Assembly: GCA_003142255.1 (NCBI GenBank)
Contig: PLLO01000018.1
Location: 193,129 to 257,128, forward strand
Direction: 5' to 3'
DNA: 64,000 bases
DNA from: Bacteroidales bacterium
GTDB lineage: Bacteria > Bacteroidota > Bacteroidia > Bacteroidales > VadinHA17
Position numbers and translations under genes: made by a program
The notes under the pieces: model-generated
What the model saw: only the letters and a program-made list of their open reading frames with translations
Database searches by the model: none
Told to the model about the DNA's origin: nothing
In this document: positions 24,344 through 33,877 of the stretch, in pieces
Position numbering within the stretch: the stretch's first letter is position 1
Layout of the letters: the number at the start of each line of letters is the position of its first letter

Positions 24344-25867
24344 CTAGGGAAGCCTTTCGTTTATCATTGTTTTACTGAAGTAAGCTTTAAGTGAATTCAG
24401 ATCACTTCGACCCATTAATGCAAGTTCATCCAGATTTATTAATAAGTTTTTTGCTAATAATATTCTTGAATCCTTATCGGTTGATATGTTTTCAGCAATG
24501 TACTTTGATAGTGCAGGGGGACATAAAAATCTACAAAAAGTTGACTTACCTGTATTTTGGTTTTCTCCAATTAATATTAGAGCTTGTTTGTTATAATAAT
24601 CAGACAAAAGTGCACAAGCAACAACTCTTACAATCCATTTCTTAAAGTGATTATTAAATGCTGTCTGGTCCTTTGCTTTGATGTGATTAGCAAGTTTTTC
24701 AATATAATCCATACCATCCCAGGCACTTAGATTCTTGAAGTATTCTTCGAACGGATCATATGAAATGACAAAATCAGATTTGAGTAAAGCATAAAGAGTA
24801 TTAATGCTTAGTGAGAATCCTTTGATGAGTAATTCTACAAACAGTGTATTTTCATTTAGTAGTTTAAATTTGCCCGGATTTTCTTTTAATCTATACTCGA
24901 TTCCAAGGCTGACAGTATTAAAGCGAATCTCATACTTAGCTAGGATATAATCTATAATTCTAGTAATTTGTGATATATGTCCAACTTCTTTGTTCTCTTG
25001 TTTTGTTTGCTTTACGGTAAATCCATGAAGTTTGGCAAAGTGAAAGAAGGTTTTACCTGTAATACCATCACCATTTGATTTAAAGCAAGCTTCTATTTGG
25101 TTCTCTGTGTCGAGATATGAATAACCATGATAAAAAATACTTACACGATGGATATATTCTTTGCTCTCATCTCCAAAAATGCATCTCAAAGAATAGATAA
25201 TTTTGATCCAGTTATTATAATTTTCGGTGATGTCAATACTCTTTTTTTCTATTTCTTCTATTAACCAGATAGCTTCAAGTTGTTGCTGATTGTAATTGTT
25301 TTTTCTTTTCGGATAACTATCTATTCTATCAAAAACTAAAGAATTTGGGTTGAAGCGAAGATCCTGATCAAAACTCATGAACATTAACCTGGTAATGTCC
25401 TTACATGATAAATCAATAACCTGCTTGTATTTTTCCTGAAAATATTTTGCAATTGATTCAGCTTGCAATGCCTGAAGTTTAATGTCAGGAATAATTTTTA
25501 TTGTACCCTTAAGCTTCTCACTGGGAGATAAAAAACATGAATGAATAAGAGGGTCTTTCGATAGTTCTTCTTTTAATTGATAAGCATCAGTAGGTTTAAT
25601 ATCATCAATATCGACTTGTATCAATCCGGAATGGCATAAAACATCTGATGCTTTATGTGAACCATTTGTAGTACAACTAATAGTAGATGCGGGCAACTTA
25701 CGCTTAAGGAAATCCCTTTCTTTCTTGTCAATCGTGGAACGAATTTTAAGTATTTGCTTTGCCCATTTCCCGTTCCTTATGTCATTCAAAAGAATTTCAA
25801 TTGGTATATCCGCTGTCTTTTGTTTTGAAATAACTGAATCGAAGAAAGATACAATATGCTCATCCAT
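24344..25867 (-). CDS. VirE-type DNA primase / P-loop protein of mobile elements (N-terminal 2/3, ends at an in-frame TAG)
   Basis: ORF 24344-25939. Likely start is MDEHIVSFFD at 25867. P-loop GENQNTGKST. Ends ..INERLP then TAG. Confidence 0.75.
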   Translation of the reverse strand: MDEHIVSFFDSVISKQKTADIPIEILLNDIRNGKWAKQILKIRSTIDKKERDFLKRKLPASTISCTTNGSHKASDVLCHSGLIQVDIDDIKPTDAYQLKEELSKDPLIHSCFLSPSEKLKGTIKIIPDIKLQALQAESIAKYFQEKYKQVIDLSCKDITRLMFMSFDQDLRFNPNSLVFDRIDSYPKRKNNYNQQQLEAIWLIEEIEKKSIDITENYNNWIKIIYSLRCIFGDESKEYIHRVSIFYHGYSYLDTENQIEACFKSNGDGITGKTFFHFAKLHGFTVKQTKQENKEVGHISQITRIIDYILAKYEIRFNTVSLGIEYRLKENPGKFKLLNENTLFVELLIKGFSLSINTLYALLKSDFVISYDPFEEYFKNLSAWDGMDYIEKLANHIKAKDQTAFNNHFKKWIVRVVACALLSDYYNKQALILIGENQNTGKSTFCRFLCPPALSKYIAENISTDKDSRILLAKNLLINLDELALMGRSDLNSLKAYFSKTMINERLP

Positions 25868-25868
25868 A

Positions 25869-26141
25869 TTATAAGTTCGATTTATTGGCTTCAAGGATCT
25901 GATCAATATCGGCACTTGAATAATAAATGGTTTTTCCAATTTTTGTGAAAGGGAGTTCTTTGTTGTTCCTTAGCTGCTGCTGTTTCCCTTTAGAAATTCC
26001 AAAAAGATCTTCAATATCTTTAGTCTTGTACCACTTCCTGGAGAATTCAAGAGTTTTACTGCTTATAAGTTGTTCGAACTTATTTTGCAAATTAGTTTCA
26101 AGCAACTTAAAATCGTCTTTGGTCACAAATTCAACATTCAT
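25869..26141 (-). CDS. Helix-turn-helix DNA-binding protein, excisionase-like
   Basis: 90 aa, WYKTKDIEDLFGISKGKQQQLRNNKELPFTKIGKTIYY. Sits between the integrase operon and the primase. Confidence 0.65.
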   Translation of the reverse strand: MNVEFVTKDDFKLLETNLQNKFEQLISSKTLEFSRKWYKTKDIEDLFGISKGKQQQLRNNKELPFTKIGKTIYYSSADIDQILEANKSNL

Positions 26142-26193
26142 AATTGAAATGATTTAAGTTTATTTTGTGTCCGAAAGGTATATTAGAATCGAT

Positions 26194-26227
26194 AAAAAAA
26201 AGCTATCGATGATTGTCGATAGCTTTT
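26194..26227 (-). terminator. Strong hairpin terminator after the int-membrane gene pair
   Basis: AAAGCTATCGA tgattg TCGATAGCTTT with flanking A/T runs. Confidence 0.75.
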
Positions 26228-26269
26228 ATAATAATCAGATATACTGAATTATGTGTTAGAAATGAGGGT

Positions 26270-27313
26270 CTATATTTTTTTTAACAAATTGTTCTTTATA
26301 GATGAAATATTAAGTTCATCTGGTATTTTAGGATTGCCTTTCCCATTATTTTCAAAATAAAAATATAAAATCCCTAATAGTTTAAATTCTTGTACCATGC
26401 TTCCTGCTAGTATAAATCTGTAATTTTCAAATATGTTTTTTATGGTATTTATTCCACAATTATATATTTTATAATCATTAATATCACAACTCCCCCGAAT
26501 CTTTAATGCAAAGCGTATTTTTCTCAATATATCTTCATCGATCATATAATCATTCTCATTCTTTGTTGTTTTAACCGTTCCACTTTTTTTACCTATTAGT
26601 TCTGCAATTGCTTTATGCCAATTACCTATTTCATTATTTGACTTATTATAATCGAAAAATGTATTTTCTAATAAGCAGAAAAATGGGAGATAGCTTTTTG
26701 TAGTTCTTCTTCTGAAAAGATCTTCTAAAAAATTTATTTTTATAACAACTTGTTTGGCAGGTAACTGTTCTATAAGGATTTCTTTTTTAATTATATTATT
26801 TTCTGACGGAATCTCATTTGAAATTTTATTATAAAGAGATTCTTTGGTCTTGTTCATTTCATTATAAGATGTACTCTTAATGCTTAACAGTAGTATTGAA
26901 ACGATAGTAAAAGCAGATACTTGAAATGAAATATAAGTGATTGTTAAGATGTAAGAAATAATGTTCTCTGAGATAAATGTTAATAATGCTACTGTGAGAA
27001 TAGCAAAGGCAAAAAACAATTTTATTGTCAATTTCAACCTTCTAGAACATTTCTCGAACTCTCTCTCATCAAACTTATTAAATATTTCTTGATAAATATT
27101 AAATATTAACTTACTGTCCAAAAAGATAGCTATAAATAGCGGCAGAAAAAACCCTACCTCAATCTTTAAGAGTAATGGAATTTTACTCAGTTGAAGAAAG
27201 TAGATGCAAAAACCTATTAATAACAATGTTAAGCCATTAAGGATTTTGTAATTATTTAACCTAGATTCAATTTGTAATTGAAAAATTTCAATCAGCCTTA
27301 GATTGCTTTTCAT
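26270..27313 (-). CDS. Unknown polytopic membrane protein with soluble C-terminal domain, co-transcribed with the integrase
   Basis: 347 aa with about 4-5 hydrophobic spans in the first 170 aa. Overlaps the integrase 3' end by 26 nt. Very AT-rich. Confidence 0.6.
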   Translation of the reverse strand: MKSNLRLIEIFQLQIESRLNNYKILNGLTLLLIGFCIYFLQLSKIPLLLKIEVGFFLPLFIAIFLDSKLIFNIYQEIFNKFDEREFEKCSRRLKLTIKLFFAFAILTVALLTFISENIISYILTITYISFQVSAFTIVSILLLSIKSTSYNEMNKTKESLYNKISNEIPSENNIIKKEILIEQLPAKQVVIKINFLEDLFRRRTTKSYLPFFCLLENTFFDYNKSNNEIGNWHKAIAELIGKKSGTVKTTKNENDYMIDEDILRKIRFALKIRGSCDINDYKIYNCGINTIKNIFENYRFILAGSMVQEFKLLGILYFYFENNGKGNPKIPDELNISSIKNNLLKKI

Positions 27314-28520
27314 GGATTTTATCTTTAAGTTGTTTCATGTCATTACTAACCTTTTTGTTCAGGACTTTAGCATAAATCTGTGTTGTTCTTATACTCTTAT
27401 GTCCCATCATTTTTGAAACCGATTCAATTGGAACATCTTTATTTAAAGCATAAGTTGCAAACGTGTGCCTGGCTAAGTGAAAGGTTAAGTTTTTCTCTAT
27501 ACCACATAAAGTAGCAATCTCTTTCAAATAGGCGTTCATTTTCTGATTGCTAATTACAGGAAGAAGCTTCCCTTTCTTTTCTGTTGATGGATAATTTTTG
27601 TACTTCTCAATTATTTCGAGTGCTTTAGGCAGTAAAGGGATATTTGATTCTGTCTCTGTTTTTGTTCTTTCTGTCATAACCCATAATTCTCCTTCATCAT
27701 CCTTCTTAATATGGTTTTCAGTTAGTTTTTGAACATCAACATATGCTAGCCCGGTAAAGCAAGAGAAAACAAAAATATCACGCACAAGATCAAGTCTTTG
27801 AATGGCAAATGTTTTATTAATTAGAATATTAAGTTCTTCCTCGGTAAGAAAACCACGTTTTACTTCAATAAATTTTGATGAGTATTTACCAAATGGATCT
27901 TTTATTAGCAAGTCATTCTTAACAGCCTCATTGATAACCCTTCTAAACATCTTTATGTATTTTAATGTTGAGTTGTGGTTACAACTTTTTTCAGTCTTTA
28001 AATAATGTTCAAAATCAGTTATGAATTGATATTGCAATTCAATTAGTTCAATATCAGATTTATTGTATTTGAACTTTAAGAAGCTGGTAATATGATTAAG
28101 TGTTGTTTCATATCTTTTCAGAGTTGCCGGTGCATACTCTTTTTCTAAAAGTTCTTTTACTTTCTCGTTATGCTGCTTAAATACCTCAGAAAGTGTTTTT
28201 CTTTCCCCAACCTGCTTATTAAAGTATTGTTTAAGCATCGCGGCCGTTACATATTGATACCTTTCTTCAAGTTGCAGGTAGGTTTTCCATGCCTTGTTTC
28301 TATAAGTCTCAATAGTAGTGTTAATAGTATCAGCATCAGGTTTATTCCCTTTTATTGCGCCTGCATTATTCCACCGGGCCGATTCAATCCACTGCCTGGT
28401 ACTTATCTCGACATGTTTTCCGTTAATGGTAATACGCATATAAACAGGAACCTTTCCATGTTTATTCAGTTTTTCGTTCCTGATGAAAAACAAAACGGAA
28501 TATGTATTATAATTTTTCAT
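27288..28520 (-). CDS. Site-specific tyrosine integrase (Bacteroidota phage-integrase type)
   Basis: 410 aa, HLARHTFATYAL and MGHKSIRTTQIYAKV. Adjacent to the tRNA att site. Confidence 0.9.
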   Translation of the reverse strand: MKNYNTYSVLFFIRNEKLNKHGKVPVYMRITINGKHVEISTRQWIESARWNNAGAIKGNKPDADTINTTIETYRNKAWKTYLQLEERYQYVTAAMLKQYFNKQVGERKTLSEVFKQHNEKVKELLEKEYAPATLKRYETTLNHITSFLKFKYNKSDIELIELQYQFITDFEHYLKTEKSCNHNSTLKYIKMFRRVINEAVKNDLLIKDPFGKYSSKFIEVKRGFLTEEELNILINKTFAIQRLDLVRDIFVFSCFTGLAYVDVQKLTENHIKKDDEGELWVMTERTKTETESNIPLLPKALEIIEKYKNYPSTEKKGKLLPVISNQKMNAYLKEIATLCGIEKNLTFHLARHTFATYALNKDVPIESVSKMMGHKSIRTTQIYAKVLNKKVSNDMKQLKDKIHEKQSKAD

Positions 28521-28678
28521 TCTATAATTTTATATCATTTTCTTCTATCCAAAACCTTCTTACCCATATTATGGCATTGATATTTAATTAACTATATGAG
28601 TTCGGGGTAAGATAGGGTAACTTTTAAAAAAATCAAGTTACCCTATTCAAACCCGCTGTATATGGTGTTTATAGCATT

Positions 28679-28706
28679 TCGGGTAAGATGGGTAAGTGAT
28701 TTTTAC
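28679..28706. repeat. Island-end inverted repeat (right copy)
   Basis: TCGGGTAAGATGGGTAAGTGATTTTTAC is the reverse complement of 1838-1865 (27/28). GGGTAAGATAGGGTAAC lies nearby at 28607. Confidence 0.7.
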
Positions 28707-28880
28707 GCCTATAGGAAACATATTTTTTTCATTATTTTGTAATACTATTATTCACAACAATCATATTTACAATGCTATATTGTACAATTCGGTTACCTGT
28801 TTTCATTTTTACTTATGAGGTAACCGATCAGGCGAATATAAACTAACATTATTTGATATAAAATGAATTCAAAGATAAAT

Positions 28881-28916
28881 AAAAAACCTCAATGGATCAA
28901 CACATTGAGGTTTTTT
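28881..28916. terminator. Bidirectional hairpin next to attR
   Basis: AAAAAACCTCAATG gatcaaca CATTGAGGTTTTTT. Confidence 0.6.
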
Positions 28917-28939
28917 GAAATAGAATGTTTTTCTATTCA

Positions 28940-28962
28940 GTGGAGATTAAGGGAGTCGAACC
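28940..28962. repeat. attR: 23-bp direct repeat inside the tRNA-Ala 3' end
   Basis: Identical to 1695-1717. Confidence 0.85.
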
Positions 28963-29014
28963 CTTGTCTTGTGACTGCGAGTCACATACTCTAACCAACT
29001 GAGCTAAATCCCCC
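28941..29014 (-). tRNA. tRNA-Ala: tRNA-Ala (anticodon CGC)
   Basis: Reverse complement is GGGGGATTTAGCTCAGTTGGTTAGAGTATGTGACTCGCAGTCACAAGACAAGGGTTCGACTCCCTTAATCTCCA. It folds as a cloverleaf with anticodon loop CTCGCAG and a G3:U70 pair. CCA is not encoded. Confidence 0.9.
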
Positions 29015-29026
29015 TGATGAACTGTC

Positions 29027-29034
29027 CAAATGTA
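29027..29034 (-). promoter_or_regulatory. -7 box TACATTTG for tRNA-Ala
   Basis: Matches the Bacteroidota TAnnTTTG consensus, 13 nt upstream of the tRNA 5' end. Confidence 0.55.
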
Positions 29035-29229
29035 AGGGGAAATTTATAATAATAAAACATTTTGAAAATGGCATTGGTTATTACTTTGCTATAATGTTTC
29101 TAATGCAATGTTTTTTTTGTTTTCAGACCTAAGCCCGCTTACAAGGCGGAGGAATGGGAAAATGTGACTTACCCTATAGTATTATTGCCTTTTGGCATAA
29201 AAGAAGTATCCATGAAGTATTTGCCAGGA

Positions 29230-29346
29230 TCAGCAGGATCGATAAATATTCTTGATTTTGACTGATTTGACCACACTCCCCAGGGCTATTATTAGAAACA
29301 GGGCTCCGGCAAGTGCTACGATTAAAACGACTATTTTCAGTTTCAT
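29230..29346 (-). CDS. Possible small membrane peptide (38 aa)
   Basis: MKLKIVVLIVALAGALFLIIALGSVVKSVKIKNIYRSC. ORF only. Confidence 0.25.
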   Translation of the reverse strand: MKLKIVVLIVALAGALFLIIALGSVVKSVKIKNIYRSC

Positions 29347-29596
29347 GGCATTTGTTTTTTGGTTAGTCGGGTTTCTTACAACCAAGTTAAGAAAATTTCT
29401 ATAAAAATTCTGTTCCTGTTATTAATTGATATTGCCGGTTGGTGAATCTGACCGTTATTCCCAATAGACACTATTACCCACTCCATCCAAAGTCCTTTTC
29501 CAATTTTATTTTTTGTAGTATCTTTGAATTCATCAACGCAGGTTATTTCATTAATCGCATCTGAATTTCCATCTCAATAACAATAAATATTTTAAC

Positions 29597-29980
29597 ATGC
29601 CAAGAGTATTTAAAGCCACCGAAATAGAGAAAGAGGATAAAGAGATAAAACGCGATTACCTCGATCGACATATGCCTCATATCTTCTGTCCCGACGAAGT
29701 GAAGAGAGGCGAAAAATTCGCAGTCAAAATTGTGATGGGTGAAGAGTACACGCATCCCGACGAAGCAGAACACTTCATAAGCGTCCTGCAGCTCTGGAAC
29801 CGCGAGACTCTTCTTGCAGAAACACGATATACTGCCGGCGTATTCGGGAACATGCCCTCGCATGCAGAGGTCGACTTTTATATCGTTGCACCTGAGGTAT
29901 CAATGAACCTTTCGGCCATGGCTGTCTGCACAAAACATGGACTCTGGCAGAGCGAAGACAAGGCTGTAAAAGTCATATGA
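29597..29980 (+). CDS. Superoxide reductase-like protein (class II SORL/desulfoferrodoxin-fold)
   Basis: 127 aa. His ligand region HPDEAEHF and C-terminal CTKHGLW motif. Confidence 0.75.
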   Translation: MPRVFKATEIEKEDKEIKRDYLDRHMPHIFCPDEVKRGEKFAVKIVMGEEYTHPDEAEHFISVLQLWNRETLLAETRYTAGVFGNMPSHAEVDFYIVAPEVSMNLSAMAVCTKHGLWQSEDKAVKVI

Positions 29981-29982
29981 AA

Positions 29983-30074
29983 CGGCGACCGGCAACCGGC
30001 GACCGGCGAAAAAAAAGATGATTATTCTGTCGAAAAACAGCCGATAACCAGTAACCGGTAGCCGGTTACCGATA
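29983..30074. repeat. GC-rich repeat/hairpin element (copy B)
   Basis: CGGCGACCGGCAA CCGGCGACCGGCGAA near-tandem, then the palindrome GTAACCGGtagCCGGTTAC. Confidence 0.5.
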
Positions 30075-30109
30075 ATTATTATCTTTGCAAGCCGCTTATA
30101 TCATAGAAT

Positions 30110-30973
30110 ATGGCAAAAAACGAAAAGAAAATAAATAACTGGCGCGATAAATACAGATTTACTGTAGTTAACGACACCACCTTCGAAGAGGTCTGGAGGA
30201 TCAAGCTGACGCAATACAATGCTTTCCTTCTGAGCACCTTTCTCTTACTCTTCATTATTGGAGCAACGACATGCATTATAGCATTCACTAACCTCAGGAA
30301 TTTCATCCCGGGTTATCCCGACGTTACCATGAGGCGCAATATACTTATGAGCGCTATCAGGCTCGATTCGCTCGACCGTGAACTGGCACTCAGGGATAAA
30401 TATTTTGCTAACCTGAATGCCATAATTGCCGGGAGGGAACCGGCAGGCTCATATTCAGCCCAGGATACCTCCGGAAATTACAGGGCGATAAAATTCAAGA
30501 GCATTCCTGAAGACTCAGCCCTCAGGGCTCAGGTTGAGAGCTCGGAAAGATATAACCTGACACTCGGTCCGACTTCCCAGGAAGCTGTTACCAGCCTTGC
30601 GAGCCTTCATTTTTTTCCTCCGGTAAAGGGTGTCATCTCAGGCCATTTTGATATCCGCTCAAAGCATTTTGGTACCGATATAGTTACCAGGCCAAATTCA
30701 CCAGTATCGGCTGCGCTCGATGGAACGGTCATTTTTACCGGGTGGACCATGGAGACCGGGTTTGTCATCGAGGTGCAGCACCAAAACAATATCGTCTCGG
30801 TTTACAAGCATAACGAAAGCCTTCTGAAAGAGACCGGCGATCTTGTTCGCGCAGGAGAGCCAATTTCAATTGTTGGCAGCACCGGCGAATTATACACGTC
30901 AGGTCCACATCTCCATTTTGAGATTTGGTACAAGGGGAGTCCTCTTGATCCTGAAGAACATATCCTATTTTAA
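30110..30973 (+). CDS. M23/LytM-family metallopeptidase
   Basis: N-terminal TM segment and C-terminal GSTGELYTSGPHLHFEIW. Confidence 0.85.
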   Translation: MAKNEKKINNWRDKYRFTVVNDTTFEEVWRIKLTQYNAFLLSTFLLLFIIGATTCIIAFTNLRNFIPGYPDVTMRRNILMSAIRLDSLDRELALRDKYFANLNAIIAGREPAGSYSAQDTSGNYRAIKFKSIPEDSALRAQVESSERYNLTLGPTSQEAVTSLASLHFFPPVKGVISGHFDIRSKHFGTDIVTRPNSPVSAALDGTVIFTGWTMETGFVIEVQHQNNIVSVYKHNESLLKETGDLVRAGEPISIVGSTGELYTSGPHLHFEIWYKGSPLDPEEHILF

Positions 30974-30987
30974 TCACGGCACCCGGT

Positions 30988-32157
30988 ATGCCTCAGAAAA
31001 TTGCACTGTTGGGATCCACTGGGTCGATAGGTACCCAGGCACTTGATGTCATTTCAAGATACCCCGATAAATTCAAGGTTGATCTGCTGACGGGCTGCAA
31101 TAATATTGAACTGCTCACCATGCAGGCAAAAAAATTTCTTCCCGATTCTGTCGTGATCTGCAATAAAGAGCACTATAAGCAGCTTCAGGATAACCTGTGG
31201 GGCACTAAGATTAAAGTTTTTGCCGGGGGAAAGGAGATAGAACAGGTTGTTGCATCATCGGATGCCGATCTGGTACTTGCAGCTATCGTGGGTTATTCGG
31301 GACTAAGACCCACCATTGCAGCTATTAATGCCGGGAAAAGAATCGCCCTTGCCAATAAGGAGACACTGGTTGTCGCTGGTGAAATAATAACAGATCTTGC
31401 TGCCAGATCAGGCAGTGTCATAATACCTGTCGATTCTGAACATTCGGCTATTTTCCAGTGCCTTTCCGGCGAAGCCAGGGATTCGGTCGAAAAGATCACA
31501 CTAACCGCATCAGGCGGACCGTTTCTTAAACTCTCCGCTGAAAAGCTTCAGCATGTTAGACCGGGCGACGCTCTCAAGCACCCGAACTGGAATATGGGAG
31601 ATAAGGTAACTGTTGATTCTGCATCCATGATGAACAAGGGACTCGAGGTGATCGAGGCAAAATGGCTTTTCGGACTTGATCCGGAGCAAATAAAAGTCAT
31701 CATTCATCCACAGTCCATAATCCACTCGTTCGTTCATTTTAAAGATGGTTCAGTGAAGGCACAGCTTGGAATTCCTGACATGAGGGTACCCATACTTTAT
31801 GCCATGAGCTATCCTTCAAGGTTCCAGTCCGATCTTCCGAGGCTCGAATTCAAGGATCATAACAACCTGACATTTGAGGAACCAGACAATAATAGATTCA
31901 GAAACTTGTCCCTTGCTTTCATGGCATTAGAAAAAGGAGGCAATATGCCGTGCATTCTGAATGCTGCAAACGAAGTGGCAGTAAACGCTTTTCTTAAAGG
32001 GATAGTCGGATTTATGCAAATGCCCGAAATCGTTGAACATACACTCGAAAATTGCAAATTCAAAGCCTCTCCCGATCTTGAATCTCTTGAGGAGTCGGAC
32101 AGGGATGCCCGGATTATTGCTCAAAACTACATTGATAAACTACAACGCATTATATGA
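30988..32157 (+). CDS. dxr: 1-deoxy-D-xylulose-5-phosphate reductoisomerase
   Basis: LLGSTGSIGTQALDV, LANKETLV, HPNWNMG, 389 aa. Confidence 0.95.
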   Translation: MPQKIALLGSTGSIGTQALDVISRYPDKFKVDLLTGCNNIELLTMQAKKFLPDSVVICNKEHYKQLQDNLWGTKIKVFAGGKEIEQVVASSDADLVLAAIVGYSGLRPTIAAINAGKRIALANKETLVVAGEIITDLAARSGSVIIPVDSEHSAIFQCLSGEARDSVEKITLTASGGPFLKLSAEKLQHVRPGDALKHPNWNMGDKVTVDSASMMNKGLEVIEAKWLFGLDPEQIKVIIHPQSIIHSFVHFKDGSVKAQLGIPDMRVPILYAMSYPSRFQSDLPRLEFKDHNNLTFEEPDNNRFRNLSLAFMALEKGGNMPCILNAANEVAVNAFLKGIVGFMQMPEIVEHTLENCKFKASPDLESLEESDRDARIIAQNYIDKLQRII

Positions 32158-33491
32158 CAGTACTTGTAAGAATACTTCAGCTTCTCCTGAGCCTTTCGAT
32201 CCTTGTGATAATTCATGAGCTTGGCCATTTCAGCTTTGCAAAGATCTTCAAGACCAGGGTTGAAAAGTTCTACCTCTTTTTTGATGCATGGTTTTCGCTT
32301 TTTAAATTCAAGAAAGGGGATACTGAATACGGTATCGGCTGGATCCCTCTCGGCGGATATGTGAAAATAGCAGGAATGATCGACGAATCGATGGACGTGG
32401 AGCAGATGAAACAGCCGCCGCAGCCATGGGAATTCAGATCAAAGAAGACCTGGCAGAGGCTTCTTATCATGACCGGTGGAGTACTTTTCAATTTCATTCT
32501 GGCACTGCTTATTTATGTTGCCGTGCTTTTTACATGGGGGGAGACTTACCTGCCCACAGCCAATTTAAAATATGGTATTGTTACCGACTCGATTGGACAT
32601 GCCATGGGACTTAGGAACGGTGATATGATCCTTTCCATTGACAATCAGAAGATCGAGAAATTCAACGAGATCAGGACCGATATCATACTGAATAACCGTA
32701 AATCGATCCAGGTGGAGCGCGAAGGTCAGGAACTCAATATTCCAATAACTGAAGATGTCATACCATTAATGCTTAAGGGAAAATTCCTGATAGAACCAAG
32801 GAGGCCATTCAGTCCTTATGTGATTTCATTTATCGATAAGGATACGCCGGCAAAGGCAGCAGGAGTCCTGACAGGTGATGAGATTAAAGGGATCAACGAT
32901 TCATCATTCGTATACTTTGATGATTTCCAGGGTTTCCTGGCTTCCCACAAGGAGCGTTCCATTACTCTTAATATATTACGGAACGGCCAGCCGATTAAAC
33001 TGGCTGTCGCGCTCAATGCAGCCGGTAAGCTGGGAGTAGCGGATTCACATACATATGGCGAGATTTTTGAACTTAAGACAATCAAATACAATGTATTGCA
33101 GTCAATACCGGCAGGAATAAGCACAGGATTCAAGGCAATCGGCGATTATCTTAAACAATTCAAACTCATATTCTCAAAACATACAAAGGGTTATGAATCC
33201 CTTGGCGGTTTCATTACCATTGGAAGCATCTTCCCTCCGGTATGGGACTGGCAGGTATTCTGGAGCCTCACTGCATTCCTTTCGATAATTCTTGGCGTGA
33301 TGAATATTCTGCCAATACCAGCACTCGATGGCGGCCATGTCATGTTTCTCCTGTTTGAAGTGATCACAGGCCGTAAACCAAGCGATAAATTCATGGAATA
33401 TGCGCAGATCGTCGGCATGGCAATCATACTTATTTTGTTGTTATATGCCAACGGGAACGATGTAGTGAAACTTTTAAAGAAATACTTTTAA
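32154..33491 (+). CDS. rseP: RIP metalloprotease RseP (site-2 protease)
   Basis: HELGHF, PDZ-like middle region, NILPIPALDGGH. Overlaps the dxr stop. Confidence 0.9.
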   Translation: MTVLVRILQLLLSLSILVIIHELGHFSFAKIFKTRVEKFYLFFDAWFSLFKFKKGDTEYGIGWIPLGGYVKIAGMIDESMDVEQMKQPPQPWEFRSKKTWQRLLIMTGGVLFNFILALLIYVAVLFTWGETYLPTANLKYGIVTDSIGHAMGLRNGDMILSIDNQKIEKFNEIRTDIILNNRKSIQVEREGQELNIPITEDVIPLMLKGKFLIEPRRPFSPYVISFIDKDTPAKAAGVLTGDEIKGINDSSFVYFDDFQGFLASHKERSITLNILRNGQPIKLAVALNAAGKLGVADSHTYGEIFELKTIKYNVLQSIPAGISTGFKAIGDYLKQFKLIFSKHTKGYESLGGFITIGSIFPPVWDWQVFWSLTAFLSIILGVMNILPIPALDGGHVMFLLFEVITGRKPSDKFMEYAQIVGMAIILILLLYANGNDVVKLLKKYF

Positions 33492-33554
33492 TCTATTGCG
33501 GCTTGATAATGGCCAAACTATTTATAAATTTGCATAAACTTTAATTTTACTGCG

Positions 33555-33728
33555 ATGGGAAATATTGGAATGACCGAGATAATACTGATTCTGCTTGTAG
33601 TTGTGCTTTTATTCGGAGGGCGCAAGATTCCTGAACTTATGAAAGGTCTGGGACAGGGAATGAAGGAGTTTAAAAAAGCTCAGCAGTATGACCCCAATGA
33701 AGACAAGGAAAAGAGCAAGTTTCAATAG
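33555..33728 (+). CDS. tatA: Twin-arginine translocase subunit TatA/E
   Basis: 57-aa ORF below the track cutoff: [42 protein letters not shown]. Confidence 0.8.
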   Translation: MGNIGMTEIILILLVVVLLFGGRKIPELMKGLGQGMKEFKKAQQYDPNEDKEKSKFQ

Positions 33729-33745
33729 GATATTGATTGAAAATC

Positions 33746-33772
33746 AAGCCTGCACCTGATGCAGGCTTTTTT
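33746..33772 (+). terminator. Rho-independent terminator after tatA
   Basis: AAGCCTGCA cctga TGCAGGCTT TTTT. Confidence 0.8.
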
Positions 33773-33780
33773 ATAGTATG

Positions 33781-33876
33781 CCCCCCATCCCCCCTGAAGG
33801 GAGGCTAATCCACAATTATCAGAAGAAATTATCATTATGTCAGCGAGTTAGACCCCCTTATAGGGGGAAGGGGGCT
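33781..33876. repeat. GC-rich hairpin element (copy C)
   Basis: CCCCCCTGAAGGGAGGCTAATCCA .. AT-rich core .. CCCCCTTATAGGGGGAAGGGGGC. The left block resembles 51934-51960. Confidence 0.55.
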
Positions 33877-33877
33877 T

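Larger units (their letters stand above)
1695..28962. mobile_element. Integrative mobilizable island (~27 kb) in tRNA-Ala(CGC) carrying an RHS toxin/immunity cassette array
   Basis: Flanking 23-bp direct repeats and an integrase next to the tRNA. Mobilization, primase and ParA genes are present but no transfer apparatus. AT-richer than the flanks by eye. Confidence 0.85.

Noticed and set aside
24344-24346. TAG reassignment (alternative genetic code) as the explanation for the in-frame stop
   Set aside because: TAG terminates other well-defined genes in the window, such as tatA at 33726-33728 and the ParE-like gene at 12393-12395. Code reassignment is therefore unlikely.
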